Assembly (NCBI GenBank): GCA_963701965.1
Contig: OY969695.1
Location: 3,072,001 to 3,136,000 of the forward strand
Reading direction: 5' to 3'
Origin: an uncultured Gemmatimonadales bacterium
GTDB lineage: Bacteria > Gemmatimonadota > Gemmatimonadetes > Gemmatimonadales > Gemmatimonadaceae
DNA: 64,000 nucleotides
The notes below the pieces were generated by a model. It searched no databases. It saw only the letters and a list, made by a program, of their open reading frames with translations, and had not been told where the DNA came from. Shown in pieces: positions 1-10,768 of this stretch; within the stretch, counting starts at the first letter, position 1; each line of letters opens with the position of its first letter. Made by a program: the position numbers and the translations under genes.

Positions 1-287
1 GTATGGCGCTCGGTGCTACGCCGGAGCGACTTCGCCGAGAGGTCCTTACTCGGGCGCTCGCCGTCTCAACATCGGGAGCGGCACTCGGCCTGGTCGGTGC
101 ACTGATCATGTCGCGATTCCTGCGATCGCTCCTGTTCGAAATCAGTCCGGCGGACCCGATTGCACTCGGCGGCGCGTGTGTGACACTGCTCTGCGTCGCG
201 GTGATCGCCGCGTACATTCCCGCGCGGTATGCCAGCCGCGTCGATCCCGCGCGAGTGTTGAAGCTGACTAGTTCTACGATCCGGTAG
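1..287 (+). CDS. C-terminal end of an ADOP/MacB-FtsX-type ABC permease (runs off the window start)
   Basis: MALGA...SLLFEISPADP...AYIPARYASRVDP tail typical of this family. Confidence 0.85.
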   Translation, partial: MALGATPERLRREVLTRALAVSTSGAALGLVGALIMSRFLRSLLFEISPADPIALGGACVTLLCVAVIAAYIPARYASRVDPARVLKLTSSTIR

Positions 288-504
288 TCGAGCGCGACGT
301 TCCTCATACTGAGACGCACGTCGTTCGCGATCGGTCTATTCGGGTTCCGGAATTTATGTTGGGCTTGCCAACGGTGAACGCCTACCGGAGACGGTGCTCA
401 ACCTGACGAACGGTTGAGTGACTCGAATGGCTATTGTGGCCTTGGTCGACAACGGCCGACGAGGCGAGCTGGCGGTTTGACCGCAATACCGAAGTTCAAT
501 GCTC

Positions 505-653
505 AGAGTTCCGATTTCAGGCAATTCCGCGGACGTCATCTGCGACCCGGATTCACGGCATTTTCCGTCATGTTGAGAGCGAAGGCACGGCACCGACGCC
601 CACATTCGCCAACAAGTGCGGTCTTTTGCAGGTTTTCAGGTAGACAACAGGAA
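505..653 (+). repeat. att left arm (L1 type); further copies at ~38573-38670 and ~39776-39880
   Basis: Near-identical ttcacggcattttccgtcatnttgagagcga...cggcaccgacgcc...attcgcca in three places. Confidence 0.85.
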
Positions 654-697
654 GACTGCTAACCGGGAGATCGCTGGTTCAAATCCAGCCGCCCCAG
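654..697 (+). repeat. att core copy 1: 3' half of tRNA-Asn (anticodon loop to discriminator; anticodon mutated to GCT here)
   Basis: gactgctaaccgggagatcgctggttcaaatccagccgccccag, with T-arm gctgg-ttcaaat-ccagc; no 5' half present. Confidence 0.9.
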
Positions 698-739
698 TTT
701 TTTAACTCTTTAAAAATCTGCGACTTGCAGAGCGAGCGC

Positions 740-1380
740 TCAGGCTTCGAGTGCTCGGGGGCGCGTTGGGGTGCGTAATACGCGCCCCCGACCGGTGACT
801 ACTTCCCACTGCTCTCCCAACTTCGACGGCTCGTTCATCACCGCGAGTATCGTGTCGGGATCGGGCTGCTGGTAGCACTTCAATAACATTTGCGTTCCTT
901 TCCACCCGCCTGCCGCTGCGACATCGACGAGCGGGAGATGCTTGCGCTCGGTCGCCCACTTTCGACGGTACGGGTGCCATGCGCCGAGCGGTAGTGGTCG
1001 GAGACCGGCTTTCTCTTCAGCAACGTGCAGCCAGAAGAGAAACATTCTTCGATTCATGAGCCGCAACGGACCGCGCTCACCGGTGAATATCGGTCCCGAT
1101 GTACCGAGCTGCAGCTGAAACGCGGGGATCTCGTCGTAGAGACGACTGGGCAACGGGATGATCCAATCGTTGTTTCGCCTATCTGCGTCGGCTCTCCAGT
1201 AGATACAGCCTTGCTGGAGGTCGATGTCTTCCCACTCGAGCGCTTGAATTGATCCGAGTCGTCGGCCGGTGGTTTCGGCAAGCAGTAGCGCGAACTCGAT
1301 TTTGATCCACCGATTTCTGACCGTCAGATCGTCCGCTTCGCGTGCCAGTTGCTGGAGCGCTGCACGCGTCTTTTCGAAAG
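740..1380 (-). pseudogene. Tyrosine recombinase/integrase, catalytic C-terminal part only (5'-truncated)
   Basis: One open frame with ETTGRRLGSI (Arg), WHPYRRKW (HxxR), GGW and CYQQPD (Tyr); no N-terminus or start; points into the att core. Confidence 0.85.
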
Positions 1381-1936
1381 GGAGCAGTTGGTGACGCTCC
1401 GGGGCGCGGCCACCTTCAATGTGGTGCCCCAGGGGTTCGGCATATTCCGAGTCGCTGCTGGGCGGGTATTCGTCCAGGTGCAGGGGACTCAGTTCAGCAT
1501 CCGGTCGTATCCGGGCGACTCGAGCGCCAGCGCTTTCGTTTCACGAGGGCGCGTGTTGGTGTCAGGCGCGGACCGTAGATCCGTGACCGTCAACACGGGG
1601 GAGCTGGCGCGCATCGTCGGTCGGACCGCGATAGTGGGATCTGGAAGTGCGGACGATCGGGTTTCCTGGGACGGAAGGACGCTGCGGTTTGATCGTGTCC
1701 CGTTGTCCGAGACCATCGAGGTGCTGAGGCACTGGTACGGCGTCCCGATTCGCCTGCGTGACGCGCACCTCGCAGCGCGTGTCGTCACCGCCTCGAATCC
1801 CGTTACTCAGGATGACGGTATAGCGGCACTCTGCGCTGCGGCGAATGTGGAAGGTCAACCATCAGGACGAACCGTCATTCTTTATGATTTTGGCGCCTCG
1901 CTGATAAGTGCCTCGAAGGCGCGGTCGCCGCGTTGA
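1381..1936 (+). pseudogene. FecR-family anti-sigma factor fragment (5'-truncated)
   Basis: VTLRGAATFNV, VQVQGTQFSI and LRFDRVPLSETIEVLRHWYGV are FecR-like motifs. Confidence 0.75.
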
Positions 1937-2002
1937 CCTCGTCGCGAACGATTTTACAAAATGTCGGCGTTTTTACAGATCTGTAACACTCCGCGATATC
2001 TG

Positions 2003-3737
2003 GGTTCTTCGGCAGTTTTGATGATGATCCTGGCTAGCTGGCGCCGGGCACTTCGCTGGCGACTTAGGCGGCGCGCCGGACTCGCTGGCGGAGGAACGCG
2101 AAGCCGGCGCGCCCGTAGCTCTGCCGCTTGAACAACTTCAGCCGGTTCACATGGCCCTCGACCGGTCCGTTGCTCCACCGGAAGCAGATCGCAGCGAGCA
2201 CCGCGGCAGCGTCGCGACGCAGCCCGGCCGCGAGGGACCGGAGTTCGCTCTGTTCGGCCGCCGCCAGCCATGCTGTCAGAGCGTTCGGGTCGCGCTCCCG
2301 GAGCATGCGGCGGAACTCGGCGGCGAGCACGCGCACGGCGGCGATCGGTGGACACGCCGCGCCGAGCGCGTCGAGGTAGTCGCGCTGGCGCGAGGCGACA
2401 GCCTCCGCCGGGGCGCTCAGCAGCCACGCCGTTTGTCGCGGCGACGGGCGACCGCGACATCGTACGATTGTGTCGCGGCCGTCGGTGGTCCCGCGCGTAA
2501 GCGCGCCGCCACCACCCAGTCCCGCACCGTCGAGCAGGCACCACGGAAGCCGCGAGTCGCGCAGAGCTCACGCCAGAGCAGCGTCGCGTTGTGGCAGCCC
2601 TCCGTCCAGCGCTGCCGGAGCAGTGGCATGCGGGCGAGCAGGGTGCGACGCGGCGGTCGCGCACGCCGTTCAGGAAAGACTCCGGCGTGCAGCCAGCGGA
2701 TGATCGTCGCCCGACTGACGCCGGTGGCGCGATGATCGCTACCCCTGAGAGGCCGCGTGCGTGTAACGCGACGATCTGTTCATAGCGAGCGTATCGTCGC
2801 GCGCGCGTTGTCGCGGTGCGTTGCGCCGGTAGCCGGGGCTGCGCCTGGGTTTGGCGACCGGGCCGCCTCGCTCGGTGGGCGTCGGGTTCACCGGCGGAGG
2901 TTACCGGAACCGCGACCGTGCGCACGGTCGCGTGATGCCGCTCGAGGACGCGTTCGACCGCGTCGGTCACGTTCGCAGCAGGTGAAAGCGATCGGCCACT
3001 TGGATCGCGTCGGGCGCGCCCGCCCGTGCACCGTCGGCGTACGCACCCGCCCGATCGCGGCTGATGATTCAACGCCGGGATGGCACGGAGCCACGCGGCG
3101 AGTGTGGCGGCCGCCGATCGGGGAGCACGTCAACCACTCGTCGGCGTTCCAGATCGATCAGCAGGGTGCCGACGATGGCGTCGCCACGCCCATCGTTGAC
3201 ACCCACCACGCGTGGTGTGGGCGCGAGGGGGACGGACTCCCCCTGCATGACCACCCGGCGCACCGTGTCGCCGCTCACGGCCATCCCGAGCCGCTCCGCC
3301 AACCGCGCCCCTGCCTCGCCCCCGAGTCCAAGTCCGATCGCATCCAACGCGGCGGTGAGCCGGGCGGTGCGGCGTGCCGACGGCGCCGCTGTGGCGGGAA
3401 GCCGTTCGGTGAAGATCCGCCGCGAGCAGCCAGCCAGGTCGCAAAAGTAGCGTCGCGTCGTGACGACGAGTTGTACGGCAAGCCCGTGCCAGGGGAGATC
3501 AGCCAGCGTGCGGGGTAGTGGCTGTGGACCCGAGCGGCGTGCGTTCCGCAGCGTGGACACGTCGCTCCTGGTCGGCGGGTCAGTGCGACGACGGTGATGC
3601 CGCGATCGTCGACGGCGAGGTGCGACAGGTGCAACTCCGGGGACGGGCGGCGGCGGCGTGGTGTCCAGACCGGTCTCCAAGGTCGCGCCGCCCATCAATC
3701 TCCGCCCGCCGCCGTTCACCAAAAGTCCGGCAGAACC
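2003..3737 (-). mobile_element. ISL3-family insertion sequence with a frameshifted transposase
   Basis: CPRCG zinc finger, RRIFTERLP and WSNGPVEGHVNRLKLFKRQSYGRAGF spread over several frames; terminal IRs ggttcttcggcagttttg / caaaagtccggcagaacc. Confidence 0.9.
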
Positions 3738-3769
3738 CAATTATCTCCGCCGTTGACAATCTATACTGT

Positions 3770-6252
3770 GGCGCGCGCTCTCGAGCCATTTTCCAAATCA
3801 ATCAGAGCGTCGTAGTACTGGCGGATGCGCTCTGCGCTCGGCGCATAATCATCGGAGCATGGTGAGCGGATGGTCGTCGTCCATGCCGATCACACGATCT
3901 ACTAACTTCGCTGAACACCCTGCCTCGTTTAGGATTGCTCGCGCCCTGTCGCTGTTAATGTTGTGCGCCCCTGTTTGTCTCTTTAGAATCACCTGCGCCA
4001 CGTCGGCAACGAGTTGTGAAGCCGTAATGCGAATCTCCTCTTCGCCCTGTTGAAGGCGTACTCCTGAAGCTGTTGGATCCTTCGAATACTAAGCGCCTCC
4101 TTTAAGCGTTGATCAATCGTTGCCCACGCTCGTTGCTGGATTGCCGGTCCCTCCTTGGTGTATCCCGTTATATCGTATCGCAACCCGTTTAAGCTGCGAC
4201 AGTGTGCAGCCACTGGGTCAATCCAACCACGGCGGTGCGACATCAGGATTACTTGGCGCTTCTCTTCCTCAACGAGAGCCCGCAGTTAATGAATTGAATC
4301 TCGTGCTCGTCATCCCATGATTGGATTGGGTCGTCTAGTACAATGAACTCAAAGGGGCCTGGTGCACGCAGTGCAGTAGCGACGCTCACGCATAACCCTA
4401 AAGCATTGAGTTTTGATTCACTCAGTGACGAGACGGCGCTCGCGAGCTCCACGCCGTAGGAAGCAGCAGCAACCTTGACACGACGGTTCTTGAAGTCGCC
4501 GGTCTTGGTGCGCTCCATGCCGAAGCCTACAAAATGAACGTCAGGGTCACTTGTGGTTCGGATCCGGCTGTACCAGTTCATCACATCGCCAGTCAACTCG
4601 CTTGAAAATGCCTCCTCCATCGTTTGCCCGACGGTATGATCGACTTGTTTCCTCAGGCTCTTTAGTCCGGTCACTACGTCTCGAATACGCAAGCCGCGGT
4701 TGATGTCACTACGACTATTCAACATCTCAATGAGCAGGCTGAGCTCTGCGGTTCCTGCTCGCGCGTCGACGGCTTTTTCTAGAAGGCGAGAAGGGTCTGC
4801 TAGCGTCGGTTCGAGTTCGGAAAGCTTGCGCGCGTATTCGTCGGCCGCACTCAGATAGTTCATGCCAGCGTCAATGAGGAGTTCGATCTGCGACACTTCC
4901 TCGTGCCTGGTTCGCACAGCATCTGCGCACACCTCGGCCGCATTGATCACTTCTGACGCCGCTTGCCGCAATTGGGTGAGGACAGGCGTGATCGCTGCAC
5001 CGGCGGCCGCGACTAGGAATAACTCGTGTTCGTGCCCCTTTCCGAACAGTGCGTTGATTTGCGCACTACGCTCCGGCGTGTTGGCTTCAACCAGGTCCGA
5101 ACATCGGGCGCTGTACAATGCGAGGTGCGCGGTAACACTATTGCTAAGATCCTTTAGGCCGGCAGCGACCTGACTTCGGAGAACTCCTGGTTCCGCGTCT
5201 GCGCCAAGTGAAGCGATCAACACCGCATAGCGCTGGGCAATTCGGTCGCGCGTGGCAGCATCCAACGATTGTTCGCAGAGCGGGCAACCGGCGGGCCGAT
5301 CCTCGAGCAGGTCCACGCCGAGCTGTAGCAATTGCACTTCTTTCCTTAACCTTACAGAGACATCGGCTACAGCCAAGCGGATGTAGTCAGTACGCGATTC
5401 GGCGGCTATCGCGCGTTCAATGCGATCGCGTGCGGAGGCGGCGCGTTGATTCTCCGTCGTGGGCAGGGGTTTAATGCCCACTGACCCGGCGAAGACTTTC
5501 TCTGCGGCCGCACTGCGCAGCTCTACGAGTTTCATTGAAACGATATCCGGATCGGCGTTGACACCGATCAATCTGATCGCCCTTTTGTGAAGCCTATCCC
5601 ATGCGTCTGGCAGTCCGTTGCTACCTTGCGCCAACGACTTGGCTATCGCTCGTGTCTCTTTGATCGACTCGAGTCGGCCCTCGAACAGCTCTACGGATGC
5701 TAACAGCTCTTTTGCACGCGCCGGCAACTGCGCTTCTGGCTTCGTGCACAGATTGATAAGCGCAGCTTGCAGTTGGTCGATCTCGTGCAAACCGAGCAGG
5801 CGGGCAAACCCTTGGAACCGGTCTGACGGCGACGCTAGCAGTAAACTCTTCAACGCATGCTGCACTACAAACGGACGCGCGGCCTTTGCCGCGGCCGCAG
5901 CGAATGGCCACTCAGTCACAGCTTGGCCATTTACGAACCGGTGTATTTCTGACCCATGCAACTCAGCTCTTAGTGCTAAGTCATCTGCGTTGTCGCTACA
6001 CTCGGCTTCGACGAACGGTACTTGGTCTGACGCAAAATGCCGATTCGTGTACGAATCCTTGTACTCTTCTTTGGAGTCGGCAGATTCGACCTTTGAGGTT
6101 TGGCCAAAGATTAAGAATTCGAGTGCCTCGATGATACTGGTCTTGCCGTAGCTGTTTGGCGCGGCAATGAGCGTAATGTCGGCATCGAACTCGATTGTCT
6201 TTGTCGCGTTGAATCCGCGAAACCCGCCCACGGTCAGCCGTCTAAGCCTCAC
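3770..6252 (-). pseudogene. SMC/Rad50-like ABC ATPase with Zn-hook; 3' end frameshifted from ~4290
   Basis: Walker A APNSYGKT, coiled coil with CPLC, LSES signature, Walker B IVLDDP; H-loop VILMSH lies in another frame. Confidence 0.8.
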
Positions 6253-6427
6253 GGAGAATCTCTCTCACTATCGCGGCGAGCTCGTGTTCAAGTGAGACCC
6301 GTGAATCTAATGTGCGCGCTGCCTTTACTAGCCGTACATGAACCGGATCACTGACGCGCGCCGCGAGTGCCGTTAAGAACCTCTCGGCCGCCTCGGATCG
6401 TACCCCTTTGAATGGATAGGTCACCAT
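6242..6427 (-). CDS. Small hypothetical protein overlapping the ATPase start (possibly a truncated partner)
   Basis: 61-aa ORF whose stop overlaps the ATPase 5' end. Confidence 0.45.
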   Translation of the reverse strand: MVTYPFKGVRSEAAERFLTALAARVSDPVHVRLVKAARTLDSRVSLEHELAAIVREILREA

Positions 6428-6919
6428 TGGCGAGGCATGAGATTAGGCGTAGCTGTCAGTCGCAGTTAGCGCTGTAACGCGCCGGCCTGGCGGACCTTGG
6501 ATGCGCGTTCCGTTAGCGGTGGCTTGCATCGACCGGTGTCCCGCTAGCCATCGTGGGGCGACTTCGCAAAGGACAACGCAATGCCGGCGTCGGGGTTGAC
6601 GAATGGGTGCGCATCGCGTGCATGGTGGAAGCGTCGCCGCGAGGCTCACCGCGCCTCGGTCTTCGCGTGGCGCCGACCCCGTATCTGTTCGCGTTGGGCA
6701 GCGCGGAGCGCCCGTTGTGCGGCGCGGCTCGCGCGCAGTATTGCGGTGGCGAGACTGCGGTAGGACAAAGGGCCGATCCTCGAAGAGGGAAACAGATGGG
6801 ACCGCCTAGGCGCCAAATGTTCGCACGAATTTGGACAACGCGCAAGCCCGGTTGGAGGGTCATCGCTTGCTGTTAGATCGACGACGCTTACGTTCGCTCG
6901 TAAGTACGATATCACGTAC

Positions 6920-6948
6920 TTTACAAGAGTATCTGTTGAAGATATAAT
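6920..6948 (+). promoter_or_regulatory. Sigma70-type promoter of the HTH-hipA operon (probably leaderless)
   Basis: TTTACA-17 bp-TATAAT, with the ATG 5 nt downstream. Confidence 0.7.
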
Positions 6949-6953
6949 ACATA

Positions 6954-7295
6954 ATGCCAAGATGGGTGCCAGCCCTACCATTGCCGGTCAGGCGGACGCT
7001 CGCACGGCTGGGCGGCGACATACGCAATGCACGACGACGGCGCCGCCTCCCCATGGCTGTCGTCGCGAATCGGTCGGGCATCGCCCGCCAAACCCTTCAA
7101 CGGGTCGAGCGCGGTGATCCTGCTGTATCGCTGGGCATCTACGCCACTGTGTTGTTCGTTCTCGGCCTGGTCGATAAGCTGGCTGTCGTCGCGGCTGTGG
7201 AGGGTGATGCCGTCGGGCTCGCTCTTGAGGGGGAGCGACTTCCCAAGAGGATAAGACAAACAGCTCGCCACGACTCTTCGTCGAAGGAAGAGTGA
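6954..7295 (+). CDS. XRE/HTH antitoxin (HipB-like)
   Basis: IRNARRRRRL...GIARQTLQRVERGDPAVSLG HTH; GTGA overlap with hipA. Confidence 0.85.
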   Translation: MPRWVPALPLPVRRTLARLGGDIRNARRRRRLPMAVVANRSGIARQTLQRVERGDPAVSLGIYATVLFVLGLVDKLAVVAAVEGDAVGLALEGERLPKRIRQTARHDSSSKEE

Positions 7296-8575
7296 GTCCA
7301 CCAACGGCTCTTGTCTATGTAGATCTGCTCGGTATCACGCACCGAGTGGGTCGATTGTGGGCCGTGAGCTCCCACGGAAGAGAAGGGGCCAGCTTTGAGT
7401 ACGACGGAGAGTGGCAGCGGCATCCTGAGCGTTTCGCACTGGAGCCGGCTCTCGAGGTCGGACCCGGAGCGTTTCACACAGCGGGCGACCGTGCGCTCTT
7501 CGGGGCGCTCGGAGATTCGGCGCCGGATCAATGGGGGCGTTCGCTTATCGCTCGGAGTGAGCGGCGTAACGCTGCGGCGGAAGGCCGGGCGCCACGGACT
7601 CTCCGTGAGATTGACTACCTCCTCGGTGTGTCCGACGTAGCTCGGCCTGGCGCCCTACGGTACAAACGCGATCCGGATGGGCCGTTCGTGGCGGACGGCG
7701 ACCAGACGGTCCCGCCGCTGGTTGCGCTGCCCCGGCTGCTCTCTGCTGCGAACCACGTAGAAGCGGCCGACGAAACCGACGAGGATCTCCGCCTCCTGCT
7801 CGCACCAGGCTCCTCTCTGGGCGGGGCACGACCCAAAGCCTCAGTCCGCGACAAGAAAGGGCATCTCCTCATCGCCAAGTTTCCCTCGCGAAGCAATGAC
7901 ATCAACGTGGTACAATGGGAGGCGGTAGCGCTAGAGCTTGCGCGTCGAGCGGGGATTCCGGTGTCACTCTCGCGCGTAGAACGAGTGGGAGAACAGGACG
8001 TCCTTCTCGTTCGGCGGTTCGATCGGGAAACCGTTGCAGCCAGCCAAGGTGATATTTCCGAACAGCGGGTGCCGTTCTTGTCGGCAATGAGCATGCTCGA
8101 CGCGGCTGACCGCGAGGTGCACAGCTATCTCGAGATTGCGGACGCGCTCCGACGCTATGGGGCTGATACCGTGACGGACCTTGTCGACCTTTGGCGACGC
8201 GTGGTCTTCAATGTGCTCGTGTCCAACCTCGATGATCATCTCCGAAATCACGGCTTTCTCTACGCTGGACTTAACGGGTGGCGCCTGTCGCCGGCATACG
8301 ATCTCAATCCAGTCCCGGCCGACGTGAAACCACGATTCTTGACAACCACTATCGCTGCGGACGAGGACGCATCCGCCTCTATCGCGCTGGCCCTCTCTGT
8401 CGCGAAAGATTTCGGCGTTCGAGAAAAGGAAGCGCACACGATCGTGCGCCATGTTGGCGAGGCAGTGCGACCATGGCGAAGCGTCGCGTCGCACTGTGGA
8501 CTCACCCGTTCCGAGTGCGACCGCATGACAAGTGCGTTCGAACACGAGGACGCTGAGATCGCGCGCCACGGATAG
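7292..8575 (+). CDS. hipA: HipA-family serine/threonine kinase toxin
   Basis: GSSLGGARPK P-loop, IAKF, NLDDHLRNHGF, LSPAYDL. Confidence 0.92.
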   Translation: MSPPTALVYVDLLGITHRVGRLWAVSSHGREGASFEYDGEWQRHPERFALEPALEVGPGAFHTAGDRALFGALGDSAPDQWGRSLIARSERRNAAAEGRAPRTLREIDYLLGVSDVARPGALRYKRDPDGPFVADGDQTVPPLVALPRLLSAANHVEAADETDEDLRLLLAPGSSLGGARPKASVRDKKGHLLIAKFPSRSNDINVVQWEAVALELARRAGIPVSLSRVERVGEQDVLLVRRFDRETVAASQGDISEQRVPFLSAMSMLDAADREVHSYLEIADALRRYGADTVTDLVDLWRRVVFNVLVSNLDDHLRNHGFLYAGLNGWRLSPAYDLNPVPADVKPRFLTTTIAADEDASASIALALSVAKDFGVREKEAHTIVRHVGEAVRPWRSVASHCGLTRSECDRMTSAFEHEDAEIARHG

Positions 8576-8990
8576 AACGCCGACGAAGGTCGCCGTGGGC
8601 AAAGGTGAGACGTCAGTACGCGTGCAATATCTGACGAAATTGCCCGATTTCGGCATTCAACCTGTAGTTAGTGCACTCACATTTTCGGCATCACAGCACC
8701 AGTACCCGATCCGGCTCCTTCTCGTAAGATGTCGCGGACTGCTCGTACAGCCGACATCCGGCGTGCTCCGGCAATGAGCTCGCAATGGAACGCGCGTCGC
8801 GCTCGGCGTCCAAGATCTGTCCGCTGTCGTCGACACAAGCTATGTCGAGTTTATCTCCGTCAGTCCGAGGTCTTCCTGCGAGCGGTGCCTCGGGCGGCAC
8901 GATCCGGCCGACTGCTCAACGTGATATCGTCCGCACCCGCGCTCATTAGTTGGTTCGATCGCGGGGAGCGCACAAATTTTAACGTTGTAC

Positions 8991-9587
8991 ATGGTTAACC
9001 AATCAGGCCAGGAATTGAACGCTATTTGGCCGGCGCACGAGGCCTTCTATATCGACAGCATGTTGTTTATTAGCTCGTCGGCGGTTGCTTCCATCGATCA
9101 GGTTGCAGAGGCGCTGACAGCGGTAGTGCGCGGCGACGTCGCGCCTGACGCGCTTGATCAGGATGCAATTTTGGATCTACTCCAGCATGTCCTGATCCAA
9201 GGTGCTGCACTCTCCCGGTACTTTTGGCCTGCCCGGCGAGGTCATGAGGCGAGAGCGAAATATCTTCGCTCAGCGCTCGCGGTCACGGATACAAGCGCTC
9301 TCCGGAGCCGCGGCTTGCGGAACGCGATCGAGCATTTTGACGAGCGCCTCGACGTATATCTCTCGGGCCACGTCGTGGGTCACATTCTCCCGCACTACGT
9401 CGGGCGCACACCGTCACAAGATGCTGGGGTGCCGCTACACCTATTCCGGGCCTACTTCGTCGATCGGGGCGTCTTCTCGCTCTTAGGCGAACAATACGAA
9501 ATGCAGCCCATGGTCGACGAAATAGGTCGCATCCATGATTTGCTAGTCGCGTGCGCGGAGGCCGGGGGTCGGCTGCAGACGACGTAG
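8991..9587 (+). CDS. Hypothetical protein with a HEPN-like Rx4H motif
   Basis: Intact ~198-aa ORF containing LRNAIEHFDER. Confidence 0.65.
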   Translation: MVNQSGQELNAIWPAHEAFYIDSMLFISSSAVASIDQVAEALTAVVRGDVAPDALDQDAILDLLQHVLIQGAALSRYFWPARRGHEARAKYLRSALAVTDTSALRSRGLRNAIEHFDERLDVYLSGHVVGHILPHYVGRTPSQDAGVPLHLFRAYFVDRGVFSLLGEQYEMQPMVDEIGRIHDLLVACAEAGGRLQTT

Positions 9588-10024
9588 CGTTGTGTAGCGA
9601 GCTGGTCGCGTGAGGGCGTGTCGAGTGAGGCGTGAGCAGGCACCGTTGAATTCCCGGGAGAGCTGCCACTGGGTGTCTCGCCTAGGAGTTCGAATGCAGG
9701 TGGTTCAGTCCCTGCGACTAGCTGTTATCCCGCGGCTCGTTGACCTCAATACTCAACGCCAGCAGCCGGACGCGCTCCTCAAGCTTATCGAGAAGGTCTT
9801 TGATAGCGCGCTGGGCTAGGAACGGCTTTAGCGACTCGCGATGCTCGGGCGCCAGTGGCGGGAGATTCGCGCGGCCAGGGTAGTGCTGATGCAATCGTAT
9901 CCCGGCCTCGCCCGCGGTAAGAAACTCACTCTTGTCACCGTCTTGTCCTACGAGCGACCCCCGTGGAACACAAAAGCCGTCGGCCCACGCGCCGAGTTCG
10001 ATGGGACGGTCGATCCCGTGTGCA

Positions 10025-10345
10025 AGGAGCTGGCGCGGGGAGCGGTGCGGGCGGGAGGAGCGATCGCGCAAGCCGGCGCGCCCCTCCACGCGGTAGCGGC
10101 GCACCCATTTGCGCGCACTCTGCGCACTGAGCCCGAACGCGGCGGCCGCCTCCGGGACCGTCCACCCGTCGGCGAGCACGCGCATGACGAGACACACTCG
10201 CCCCGTGAACCCCAGGCGCGCATTCTTGTGACTGTTCACTCGGTCCTCTGGCAGTTGCTGGTCGGTGGTCCAGACAACCCCAGCTTGTAACCGCTACGAC
10301 CGGGTAAACACCCCCAACCCCGAAACAACGTGTCCGGTAATCACA
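10025..10345 (-). mobile_element. IS481-family remnant (left end and transposase N-terminus) fused to an unrelated gene fragment (~9718-10025)
   Basis: MNSHKNARL...KWVRRYRVEGRAGLRDRSSRPHRSP; TGT-starting end tgtgattaccggacacgttgt on the minus strand. Confidence 0.8.
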
Positions 10346-10429
10346 TCTAGGGGCAGCTGCACTCCCCGAGACCCGTTTCCAAATGCCAGGATTCTGCTGG
10401 ACCACGATGTGGATCTCTTGCAATCGTGG

Positions 10430-10514
10430 CATTGCCGTCGGATAACTCCGACACCGACGCTCGGTCTTGCTTTCAAGTACGGCAAATTGTTGATTTATAA
10501 GGACTTACACGAGC
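10430..10514 (+). repeat. att left arm (L2 type) with an IHF-like site
   Basis: caccgacgc-13-caagtacggcaaattgttgatttataaggactta; reverse complement AATCAAcaatTTG matches WATCAAN4TTR. Confidence 0.85.
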
Positions 10515-10558
10515 GACTGTTAACCGGGAGATCGCTGGTTCAAATCCAGCCGCCCCAG
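10515..10558 (+). repeat. att core copy 2: 3' half of tRNA-Asn(GTT)
   Basis: gactgttaaccgggagatcgctggttcaaatccagccgccccag. Confidence 0.92.
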
Positions 10559-10740
10559 TTTGTAATCCTAACTCCATCAGTGAGTTAGAAGGGCGCCATC
10601 GCTGCCCGCGCTTCTCGTCCGTTGCCACAGCCGACGGCACCCGTTCGACACCCAACGGCACCTCAAGCGACTCCACTCACGAAGTGTCGCCTCAACATGT
10701 CTGATCGCCCGGTGCACGACCAGGCGATCGACCGCTCGGG
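10559..10740 (+). repeat. att right arm (R2 type); further copies at ~18429-18600 and ~23733-23895
   Basis: Shared ...gagttagaag...caacggcacc...cgcctcaacrtgtctgatcgcccggtg. Confidence 0.85.
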
Positions 10741-10768
10741 CGAACGCGTCAATGCCTCAGTCCCACAC

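Noticed and set aside
255..365. attC-like site ending in GTTGGGC
   Set aside because: No matching RYYYAAC or convincing hairpin upstream.
1995..3746. Target-site duplication of the ISL3 element
   Set aside because: Flanks match only partly (cgatatct versus aattatct).
6430..6880. Possible ncRNA or attC in the intergenic stretch
   Set aside because: Some GC hairpins and a GCCCAAC on the minus strand, but no paired core or recognisable family.
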